Below, one piece after another: positions 1 through 7,206 of a stretch of DNA of 27,094 nt (its first letter is position 1; each line of letters starts with the position of its first letter). Under the pieces are notes generated by a model that saw nothing but the letters and a program-made list of their open reading frames with translations, was not told the origin of the DNA and searched no databases. Position numbers and translations under genes: made by a program. The DNA comes from a virus (Duplodnaviria; Caudoviricetes), in IMG/VR virus record IMGVR_UViG_3300025825_000292, positions 1 through 27,094 of that record; one strand, 5' to 3'.

Positions 1-915
1 AGTTGGCCGAAACACCAGATCAAAATTATCGTCATAAAAAATGCTGGAAAGATCATTTGCAATAGGCCCCTCCGATGACCCAAAAACGGTGACAGGTTTA
101 TTCCACGCAGCCTCCGCGCCGTGCGCATACATCGCATTGCCCATATAATTACAGCGCATGGGGGCAAACCACCCTGACAGCATTGCGTTCTGGAAATTTT
201 TCGGCTTGGCGACGAGGCAATTCACAATGTCGACATCACCCAGACTAAGAATCGGATTGCGTTCTGCTAATTCAAAAAACAGGATCCTATAGTAGGCCAT
301 GCGTACGGTCTCAACCCCTACCGGCGGTCCTACCAATGATCCGCGGCCAACCCCCGGCCCTTGCAACTGTGGCCCAATCAGACAATTGGTGTACGTGACA
401 TCCGTATGAGCCACAATTGAGGCAAGGTTGTCTTTCCCAAAACTCTGTGTGACGTGATTGATTGCATTGTGATGGAGAAATGGCGCATCCAGGGATTTTT
501 TATACAAATTAAACGGATCATGCGCATCAAACGTGAAATTGTCGGTGCCCCGAAACCGCATGTGATGAATAATCGTCTCCGACGCCTCGACATACACATA
601 TCCGACAATCGTACACCCGCCGCCGGGAGCCATCTGTCCTAGAATCGTAAAATTGCCGTCAGTCACGTAGATATACGGAATATCAATAAAACTCAGCGGA
701 TCTCCGATTGTATCCAGAGTCAGCGTACAGGTTCCGCCAATCCGAGGCACGGCAAAGCGAGGTCCCGATGCCTCGAAAAACGTCCGCCACGTGCCCGCCG
801 CGTAACTGTCCTCCAACGTATCAATAAAATAAAGCGTGGGCGGGCCAGTGCCTCCTCGCCCCCCTTGTGTATAGGCTCCTGGTCCAACCGCTCCGGGATA
901 CGCCAATTGTGACAT
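1..915 (-). CDS. Polysaccharide lyase family 1 (pectate lyase-like) beta-helix protein, 3' end outside the window
   Basis: Absent from the ORF track and translated by hand. ATG at 915 follows an AGGAG SD and the frame is open for 305 codons to the edge. Motifs LAYPGAVGPGAYTQGGRGG, SGPRFAV, FTILGQMAPGGGCTI, IIHHMRFR and ERNP match the PL1 pattern AFPGAEGxGxxxxGGRGG...GPR...TIAGQTAPG...RxP. Confidence 0.85.
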   Translation of the reverse strand, partial: MSQLAYPGAVGPGAYTQGGRGGTGPPTLYFIDTLEDSYAAGTWRTFFEASGPRFAVPRIGGTCTLTLDTIGDPLSFIDIPYIYVTDGNFTILGQMAPGGGCTIVGYVYVEASETIIHHMRFRGTDNFTFDAHDPFNLYKKSLDAPFLHHNAINHVTQSFGKDNLASIVAHTDVTYTNCLIGPQLQGPGVGRGSLVGPPVGVETVRMAYYRILFFELAERNPILSLGDVDIVNCLVAKPKNFQNAMLSGWFAPMRCNYMGNAMYAHGAEAAWNKPVTVFGSSEGPIANDLSSIFYDDNFDLVFRPT

Positions 916-1027
916 CTACGCGCGTCTCCTGCTAGGTGTTCGACTAATCACGAGCCACTTCATCCCGCTCGTGAGCCGCCGCGTTAATTAAACAGCATCG
1001 ACAACTCATCATCGCCGCTTCTCCCCC

Positions 1028-2506
1028 TTATCCATATCCATCACGGGGACTCTTTAACATAGCATACGGGTCCTCGAATTGTCGCACCTTTCGGTTATAA
1101 TCAAACTCATCGAAGTTCGTCTCCACCTGGCTATATTTTCGCAAGGACGCGCCAATCTCGCTCACACTCATCGCGAGGTAGGTAAATGCCGCGCCGCCAT
1201 GCGAATGCTTATCATGCACTTCTTTCTCGATATAGGTTTCTCGCTCAACATCGAATTCTCGCCGATAATTTAAGAGATGCGACAACCCCATTTGGCATCG
1301 CGTAATATCGAATTTACACCGCGGCAGTAATAACCGTCCCGCATTGACACGATCCCCAACCGCTTTAATTTTCGGCAAATCCAACCAGTTAATCGCCAAA
1401 TCCATCCCCGTCTCTAATCGCGTGTGGCCCGTCCCGATATCGGTGCTTTTGACATCGTGCGGGGCAAAATGATCTCCATAGACATAGCCCATGCCCCCGG
1501 CTCGTTGATCGAGCACGTGCCGGAACTCAGGAATCCCGCCAGAGGGCAATTCACTAAAATCAATCAGATGAATCCAGTCACCCACCTCCTGCCAATACCA
1601 GGTGGCAAATGACAACCCCGTCCCCAAATCGCTCACCGTATGGACGGGCAAGTGCGCATAGACGGGTAAGTCGCACACCCGGTTTTCCCGATACACGCGC
1701 GCTAACCCCTCCCCAAAGAAACTGCCTTCCTGGAACCCCGCAAAATCGCAGTAATATTCCTGTTGAATCCACTCCTCCGGGGTGCCTTCCCGCCGCATCA
1801 TATCAATTTCTTTTAACATCCGCGCCAAGTCCTCAGGCCCAAGGCTACAGGTTTCAATGGTATGAAAATCGTAGTACCACGCGTCCTTGAGCACCGGGTC
1901 CTTGGTAATTTTCTGCACCAGGTCATACAGATGGTTATGGCCGCGCGGGGTCGTGATAATCAATTCCCACCCATTGTTATTGGCGAGGATCGGCGCAATG
2001 GTGCGGCGCACATCCGGCGAGATATCACGATATTCGCTATACAACGCGCCCACCACATTCGTGCCACGCGCCGTCATATCGACATTATCCGCCCCGAGCA
2101 CATACAGCAGCGAGCCATTCGACAACGTAATCTGCATCTCCGTTTCATTTTCATCCTCAACGATCTCGCCAGGAATATAGGAGCGATAGGGAATGCCTTG
2201 ATCATCCTTCCCATCCCAAATGACCCGCTTGCCTAACCGATACGTGGGGAAAAAGTAATAATAATTCCCGACACGCCGAAGGGCTTTACTCACCATGAAG
2301 TTGAGGCCCGTGAGATCTTTTCCGCGTCGACGGGGCCAGATGAGACAGCCATGTAACTTCCCGAGTCCGTCACGCGGATTCATTTGGGCATACAACTCAC
2401 GCTGATACCATCGCGGGGTAAACCGAAAGGGTAAAGGGGTCGTGACACGCGGCGAGGTAGCTGGAGGCTCCATCAACTCAAAGATCGTGGGGGAGGGTGA
2501 TGCCAT
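1028..2506 (-). CDS. terL: Terminase large subunit
   Basis: 492 aa. Adenine-binding PRWYQ, Walker A WPRRRGKD, Walker B-like GALYSEY, coupling motif ITTPRGHNH, QEYYCDF linker, and RNase H-like nuclease motifs DLG, APHD and HDKHSH. Confidence 0.93.
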   Translation of the reverse strand: MASPSPTIFELMEPPATSPRVTTPLPFRFTPRWYQRELYAQMNPRDGLGKLHGCLIWPRRRGKDLTGLNFMVSKALRRVGNYYYFFPTYRLGKRVIWDGKDDQGIPYRSYIPGEIVEDENETEMQITLSNGSLLYVLGADNVDMTARGTNVVGALYSEYRDISPDVRRTIAPILANNNGWELIITTPRGHNHLYDLVQKITKDPVLKDAWYYDFHTIETCSLGPEDLARMLKEIDMMRREGTPEEWIQQEYYCDFAGFQEGSFFGEGLARVYRENRVCDLPVYAHLPVHTVSDLGTGLSFATWYWQEVGDWIHLIDFSELPSGGIPEFRHVLDQRAGGMGYVYGDHFAPHDVKSTDIGTGHTRLETGMDLAINWLDLPKIKAVGDRVNAGRLLLPRCKFDITRCQMGLSHLLNYRREFDVERETYIEKEVHDKHSHGGAAFTYLAMSVSEIGASLRKYSQVETNFDEFDYNRKVRQFEDPYAMLKSPRDGYG

Positions 2507-2549
2507 CGAGAGGTAACCAAAGAATCAAATAACCAAATAACCCACAGAC

Positions 2550-2753
2550 TCACAAACCCGGTGACGACGGCATCGGGCAACTTTCCATTTTCACCGGGCC
2601 TTCGGCGCTTCCCAGATTGGCATTAAACCAATTAGTGTTCGGGAGGTCGACCCGTCCCCCTTCTCCAATATCGAATTTCACACACTTCTCGCTCAGGGAC
2701 GCGCAGCCCAGCATCCCGAGCGCCATCAATACAAGCATCAATCTCATTAGCAT
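2550..2753 (-). CDS. Small lipoprotein (o-spanin candidate)
   Basis: Start re-called at 2753 behind SD AAGGAGG. MLMRLMLVLMALGMLG-C is a signal peptide with lipobox; two further Cys and a Pro-rich end. Confidence 0.65.
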   Translation of the reverse strand: MLMRLMLVLMALGMLGCASLSEKCVKFDIGEGGRVDLPNTNWFNANLGSAEGPVKMESCPMPSSPGL

Positions 2754-2770
2754 GGCCCCTTCCTCCTTGT

Positions 2771-3109
2771 TCATGGTTCCTCTCGTGGTAGCCGATCCAT
2801 CCGACGTTGGAATCTCGGTTTGATACACTCGTCTTGCTTCTGATCTGTCGTCGCCGTATTTATACATGTCCGCTGTTGGTAGTACAGACTTTCCGAAATC
2901 ATGTGATTCATGGTCTGAAGTTTATTGGTCTGTTCCATACTCGTGGTGACTAGTTGCGTATGCACATCCTGGATGATGCCAACATCTCGCGCCAAGAAAT
3001 ACCCGACCATCAGCACGGGGAACGCCAGGATGATCAGCATCACCGCGATAAAGGTCTTCTGACAATTTCCCAATAATCCAATAATTGCCTCTTTCAGCGC
3101 TTGTATCAT
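2771..3109 (-). CDS. Single-pass membrane protein (i-spanin or holin-like candidate)
   Basis: SD GAGGT. Hydrophobic segment FIAVMLIILAFPVLMVGYFLA followed by a helical polar domain with two Cys; lies directly upstream of the lipoprotein. Confidence 0.55.
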   Translation of the reverse strand: MIQALKEAIIGLLGNCQKTFIAVMLIILAFPVLMVGYFLARDVGIIQDVHTQLVTTSMEQTNKLQTMNHMISESLYYQQRTCINTATTDQKQDECIKPRFQRRMDRLPREEP

Positions 3110-3118
3110 CTCGTGTCT

Positions 3119-3955
3119 TTACCTCCTCACCTCGTCGAGCCAACGGAATGGGGGGTCATCGGTTTCATCGGTATAGAGGGAGATGTCTGCCGGAGTTGCG
3201 GGTGGCGGAGTTACCGAGGTTGCCGGTGTATTTGGCGTTATTGGGGTACTTGGCTTTATTTCGCACGCGTTGCCGGGTAGATTCAACGAGGGTGTGTTAC
3301 CTGATGGATTACCCACATCTCCCACAGAACCCGGGATTTGCCCCCCTAGCGTTTCAAAACCGCCCAAGTTTTCGGGTGATACATGAACGCCCGAGAGAGG
3401 ACCCGCCATTTTTCCCCCCACCCCCCCTACTTCTCCGTAGGGAAACACACTTACTTTTCCCCATAGGGACAGAGGGAGATAGACCGAGGGTGGTGGAGTA
3501 GAGGGGGGTGGGGTCGTAGCAGTAGTAGCGATAGAGGTAGCATGAGTAGTAAGGGTAGCATGAGTCGTAGCAGTAGCAGTGGTCGTAGTGGTCCCCTCAC
3601 CTACCCTACCTACCCCTCCCTCACCTCCCTCTCCCTCACCCTCCACTTCACCATAGGCCCATGGTGGGAGGATGTAGGCAGGCTGTCTCTCACTCTCCTG
3701 TTGGATACGAGGAAGGAAGTGCCTCAGTACCCGCTCAGCCGCCTTCCCCTGAGTCACATGATCTGGCATGGGATCGGCATACACCACACACCCTTCATGC
3801 TGGAACACCTGGACTCGTGTCGCCTCTAGCTGGTCTTGTGTCTTCCGGACCGCATACGCCACCAACTCCCCCATCCGCTCTCGTGTGAGCCCTGCCGCCT
3901 CCAACATCCAAGTCTGCGCGGTAGGCACCGGCAGCCCCACCTTCCTACTTGCCAT
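3119..3955 (-). CDS. terS: Probable terminase small subunit with long low-complexity tail
   Basis: Upstream of terL. N-terminal ~90 aa (GLTRERMGELV...QLEATRVQVFQHEG...DHVTQGKAAERVL) resembles helical TerS-type proteins; the remainder is GE-, T- and P-rich. Confidence 0.5.
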   Translation of the reverse strand: MASRKVGLPVPTAQTWMLEAAGLTRERMGELVAYAVRKTQDQLEATRVQVFQHEGCVVYADPMPDHVTQGKAAERVLRHFLPRIQQESERQPAYILPPWAYGEVEGEGEGGEGGVGRVGEGTTTTTATATTHATLTTHATSIATTATTPPPSTPPPSVYLPLSLWGKVSVFPYGEVGGVGGKMAGPLSGVHVSPENLGGFETLGGQIPGSVGDVGNPSGNTPSLNLPGNACEIKPSTPITPNTPATSVTPPPATPADISLYTDETDDPPFRWLDEVRR

Positions 3956-4283
3956 AGTGGCACCTCATCTCCTGCATCAAGCGTATCTCCTTCGCGGTGA
4001 GATACCGCCTCCTCCGCTTAGCCAAACCCAACACATACCGCCGGGGAAACAAGTCCTTGTGTCCATTCAACCACATGGCACAAGCATTGACCGACGCGAA
4101 CATCCCAAACACAGCCGCATCTTCCATCCGAAACATAGGCTCTGGATAACCCACTATCGGTTGTAGGCTCGGAGTCTCTACCTCACCATATGTAGTAGTA
4201 GTAGGGATAGCCTCAGACTGTACAGCTTCCTGTACACTAGGCTGTCTAGCAGGCTTATGAGTAACTTGTGTGCAGCTCTCCAT
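3945..4283 (-). CDS. Putative MerR/Xis-like winged-HTH DNA-binding protein
   Basis: PMFRMEDAA...SVNACAMWL...FPRRY...RRRRYLTAKEIRLM fits the MerR/excisionase-type HTH plus wing pattern. Confidence 0.55.
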   Translation of the reverse strand: MESCTQVTHKPARQPSVQEAVQSEAIPTTTTYGEVETPSLQPIVGYPEPMFRMEDAAVFGMFASVNACAMWLNGHKDLFPRRYVLGLAKRRRRYLTAKEIRLMQEMRCHYGK

Positions 4284-4288
4284 ACCCT

Positions 4289-4318
4289 ACCCTACCAGAC
4301 TGTCGCAAAAAGGGTCAA
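4289..4318 (-). promoter_or_regulatory. Sigma70-type promoter giving a leaderless transcript for the HTH/terminase arm
   Basis: Minus strand TTGACC (4318-4313), 18 nt spacer ending TGG, TAGGGT (4294-4289), then 5 nt to the ATG at 4283; no room for an SD. Confidence 0.5.
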
Positions 4319-4367
4319 CTCTACGTAGTAACCAGGAGCCCAAAACGCTACAGTAAATAGTCAAGCA

Positions 4368-4380
4368 AATCAACAGGTTA
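4368..4380 (+). promoter_or_regulatory. IHF binding site
   Basis: AATCAACAGGTTA is an exact match to WATCAANNNNTTR. Confidence 0.6.
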
Positions 4381-4481
4381 CGTGATTAACTCGTCGCTCA
4401 AGCCTTGCAAGTGTGGCAAAAGGCACCACAAACCCACCACCCAACCTACCTAACCAACCGCAAACTCATACAATTTCCCAT

Positions 4482-4497
4482 TGGCACGCGGCTTGCT
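4482..4497 (+). promoter_or_regulatory. Sigma54 (RpoN) -24/-12 promoter
   Basis: TGGCACG-CGGC-TTGCT is an exact match to TGGCACG-N4-TTGCW; intergenic, about 70 bp upstream of the first rightward gene (ATG 4568). Confidence 0.8.
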
Positions 4498-4567
4498 TTC
4501 TTTTCGTCGTGTCAATTGTAATTACGACACAGGGCAAGAGCCCACCACCATAGAAAGGATCATAACG

Positions 4568-4849
4568 ATGACACTCACGCCACTCCAACATACCTTTACC
4601 GTGTTGGGCTTCAATGTTGATGAAAGTATTTACTGCAAACACATCATAGCCACAACTCCAGAAGAGGCCATGTTTTACATCTTTCATCAACCGATTGATG
4701 ACGAAAGTAATCAACCAAGACCATCAACCATCATTGCAGTCTTTCAAGGCTCTTATGTGGACTGCGGACTGCTCCCTAATGGCCATACCTGGATGATTGA
4801 TGAAGCCGGCGTGGCATTCCTCATCAACCTGAAGAAGCAAATAGGCTAG
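4568..4849 (+). CDS. Hypothetical early protein
   Basis: Start re-called at ATG 4568 after AGAAAGGA (MTLTPLQHTF...). Confidence 0.7.
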   Translation: MTLTPLQHTFTVLGFNVDESIYCKHIIATTPEEAMFYIFHQPIDDESNQPRPSTIIAVFQGSYVDCGLLPNGHTWMIDEAGVAFLINLKKQIG

Positions 4850-4876
4850 ATCACCCCATCACCACAGGAGGACACC

Positions 4877-5125
4877 ATGGCAATGAATCGGTACCAGCTA
4901 AAACAATTCGGAGAAATCTTAAAAACCGCTCCAATGGGAGAGGTATTCACGGTCAAAGCAGACCTCGGATTACTGCTCAACATGATGGATCGATTACCAA
5001 AGACTAGAGACTTTTTCATCCAGCGGTACCATGGGCAAATCGATTGCTATGACGTGAAAGTCATTCCATGGAAAGCGCTAGAGCCAAATAACCCTACAGG
5101 GCAAGAGCCCCGAGAAACCAAGTAA
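4877..5125 (+). CDS. Hypothetical early protein
   Basis: SD AGGAGG, 82 aa. Confidence 0.7.
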   Translation: MAMNRYQLKQFGEILKTAPMGEVFTVKADLGLLLNMMDRLPKTRDFFIQRYHGQIDCYDVKVIPWKALEPNNPTGQEPRETK

Positions 5126-5159
5126 GTTCATAAACCCCATAACCAGAAAGGACACTCCC

Positions 5160-5258
5160 ATGAACCCCATACCACCAAGTGAATGGCTACTGATCGGTCT
5201 CATAGCCCTATGGATCATCTACCTCATCTGGCACACGATTCAGATAACGGTAAGTTAA
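5160..5258 (+). CDS. 32 aa single-pass membrane microprotein
   Basis: Absent from the ORF track. SD AGAAAGGA; MNPIPPSEWLLIGLIALWIIYLIWHTIQITVS*. Confidence 0.65.
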   Translation: MNPIPPSEWLLIGLIALWIIYLIWHTIQITVS

Positions 5259-5287
5259 GAAGCTATAACCAGAAAGGAGCCCACACC

Positions 5288-5524
5288 ATGAAAACGTTAT
5301 TCACCATACGACGAGAAGTGACAAAAAAGCGCATCACGAGCCCTGCCGGCATTCAGCCAGCCTGGTACATCTATACTGGCGTGGCCGCGATCTACAATAA
5401 TGCGGGCAAGCGGATCTACACAGAATCCCTGGGCAGGCAATGTGACAATCGAAATATGGCCTTGAGAGATGCCAAAACGGCCACGATCAAACTCAAAATG
5501 AGATTGAGCGCGGCTTTCATTTAA
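5288..5524 (+). CDS. Hypothetical early protein (paralog of 6510..6716)
   Basis: Start re-called after AAAGGAG; shares WYxYTGxAxxY...GxRxY...AxRDA with its paralog. Confidence 0.7.
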   Translation: MKTLFTIRREVTKKRITSPAGIQPAWYIYTGVAAIYNNAGKRIYTESLGRQCDNRNMALRDAKTATIKLKMRLSAAFI

Positions 5525-5587
5525 TCATTATGACGCCCTCCTCCCTCTCTATGGGGGAAGGTGCAACGAGAAGGAGAAGAACACACC

Positions 5588-5902
5588 ATGAAACGAGTGA
5601 TTGGCGGCAAAATTTTCAACACGGAAACGGCCGAGGAAATCTGTGAACTTCCCTGTCACTACTACCGGAGCGATTTTCAATGGCATGAGACTGTCTTGTA
5701 CCGCACCAAAAGGGGAGCTTACTTTCTGGCAGGAAGCGGGGGACCAGCCAGCCGATGGGCAAGGCCAGAGGGGTCTAACGGCTATTCCAGCGGTCGAGGG
5801 CTAGAAACAATCACCAAAGATGAAGCGCGTATGTACGCCGAATCTGCCGAATTAAGCCCCGAAAAGATGATCGAAGCCGGGTTTGAATTAGAGGAGGGCT
5901 AA
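5588..5902 (+). CDS. Conserved phage/mobile-element hypothetical protein
   Basis: SD AAGGAG. MKRVIGGKIFNTETAEEI...ETVLYRTKRGAYFLAGSGGPASRW is a pattern I recall as recurrent in phages; function unknown. Confidence 0.75.
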   Translation: MKRVIGGKIFNTETAEEICELPCHYYRSDFQWHETVLYRTKRGAYFLAGSGGPASRWARPEGSNGYSSGRGLETITKDEARMYAESAELSPEKMIEAGFELEEG

Positions 5903-6004
5903 GAAACCAGAGAATCGGGAAATCAAGTAGTAACTCGAAACACAAGGAGGGCTAAGCGGGGCAAGAGCCCCGCAGAACCCCATAACCAGAAAGGCGCGCG
6001 CGCT

Positions 6005-6481
6005 ATGAACTACCACATCCCCATCATTAAATTAAGTATGGTGAAGGACCGAACACTCACGGCTAACACCAATCCCAGGCGTAGCATCACCCAATCTACC
6101 CAAGCCGCTTCCATTTGCCGGGCGATGATCGGCGAGTGCGACCGGGAGCAATTTATCTGCCTCCACTTGGACGCAAAACACCATATCATCGCCGTAGAAA
6201 CCATAGCCACTGGATCACTCACCATGGCTCTTGTCCATCCCCGTGAGGTGTTTAAAGCAGCAATCCTCAGCAATTCGGCCGCAATTATTGTGGCTCATAA
6301 CCACCCAAGCGGAAACCCAGAACCCAGCGAAGAGGACTTCACGCTGACTCGCCGACTCGTTGAAGCGGGAAAAATCCTCGGCGTGCCAATCCTTGATCAT
6401 ATCGTGATTGGTGAAGAAACCAGCGAACCAAACAGGTACTACTCATTCGCCGATGAGGGAGTCCTGACATTAGGCATATAA
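6005..6481 (+). CDS. radC: RadC-like JAB/MPN domain protein (UPF0758), standalone domain
   Basis: E...VHPREVF...AHNHPSG..EPSEED...LDHIVIG; JAMM metal motif intact, no N-terminal HhH region. Confidence 0.93.
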   Translation: MNYHIPIIKLSMVKDRTLTANTNPRRSITQSTQAASICRAMIGECDREQFICLHLDAKHHIIAVETIATGSLTMALVHPREVFKAAILSNSAAIIVAHNHPSGNPEPSEEDFTLTRRLVEAGKILGVPILDHIVIGEETSEPNRYYSFADEGVLTLGI

Positions 6482-6509
6482 CCCACGAACCAGAAGGGAG
6501 GTGAACGAA

Positions 6510-6716
6510 ATGACGAGTTATACCAACAATCAACCAATCTGGTACGTCTATACTGGGTATGCCGTGGTCTACGACGAAGGCCGGCGGATGTATTCCAAAA
6601 CCTCAGGAATCCAGCGGCTCAGCCGGGGGGACGCGATGCGAGATGCGGCGTGGGAAGCACATGACTTACACGTCACCCGGTTTTTCAACGAATCAAATAG
6701 CCAAAAACCTAGATAA
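6510..6716 (+). CDS. Hypothetical early protein (paralog of 5288..5524)
   Basis: SD GGAGG with ATG at 6510; shared motif with 5288..5524. Confidence 0.7.
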   Translation: MTSYTNNQPIWYVYTGYAVVYDEGRRMYSKTSGIQRLSRGDAMRDAAWEAHDLHVTRFFNESNSQKPR

Positions 6717-6740
6717 CCCACAATACGAGGAGCCCTAACC

Positions 6741-6929
6741 ATGATGAGCTTTATCTTTATCGTATATTTGGTAGGCAGCAGTGGGCATCTCGAACCCCAT
6801 ACGCTGACTTACCACACAGTAGCCTTATGCCAGGCCGAGCGCCAAGTCTATATCACATGGGGATTTCATACAACAAAATGTCATGCCTACGAGGTTATCA
6901 ATAAATATACCAAACCCGATACCGCATAG
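6741..6929 (+). CDS. Small protein with hydrophobic N-terminus and two Cys
   Basis: SD GAGGAG, 62 aa. Confidence 0.6.
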   Translation: MMSFIFIVYLVGSSGHLEPHTLTYHTVALCQAERQVYITWGFHTTKCHAYEVINKYTKPDTA

Positions 6930-6999
6930 CGAAGACGCGAGAAGATTAAGGAACTAAGCTAATCAAATAACCTCATAACCCCATAAAGGAGCGCAAATT

Positions 7000-7206
7000 A
7001 TGCACTATCTACGCGAGAATGTCCCAGACCCCGATGACAGCGAACTCGATCCTTTCGAGCAAATCGACCGGGATGAGGAAACCCTCGATAACCTCGGCGA
7101 CGACGGGTTAATGGCCCCGTTGTATAGTTTGTTGCTAGAACGGCGAGAATTACCAGACCCGGATGACTGGGAGGAGTACAAGTGGCATCAATGGAGATTA
7201 TCATGA
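7000..7206 (+). CDS. Highly acidic small protein
   Basis: SD AAAGGAG; 21 D/E in 68 aa; internal PDPDD repeat. Confidence 0.7.
   Translation: MHYLRENVPDPDDSELDPFEQIDRDEETLDNLGDDGLMAPLYSLLLERRELPDPDDWEEYKWHQWRLS

Larger units (their letters stand above)
4529..5994 (+). repeat. Dispersed GGGC-AAGA-GCCC hairpin plus CATAACCAGAAAGG SD module
   Basis: GGGCAAGAGCCC at 4532-4543, 5099-5110 and 5959-5970. AACCCCATAACCAGAAAGG at 5133-5151 and 5976-5994, with ATAACCAGAAAGGAG again before ATG 5288. Confidence 0.85.

Noticed and set aside
945-1013. 22 aa micro-ORF (MMSCRCCLINAAAHERDEVARD) and hairpin TCACGAGC/GCTCGTGA between terL and the PL1 gene
   Set aside because: Too short to support; the 8 bp stem with an 11 nt loop and no U tract is not a convincing terminator.
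3945-4283. Excisionase implying an integrated prophage
   Set aside because: No integrase, att pair or host genes in the window; the fold is shared with other phage DNA-binding proteins.
4532-5973. GGGC-AAGA-GCCC hairpins as N4-type virion RNAP promoters
   Set aside because: N4 hairpins have a 3 nt loop, and the 1384 aa virion protein shows no RNAP motifs that I can recognise.
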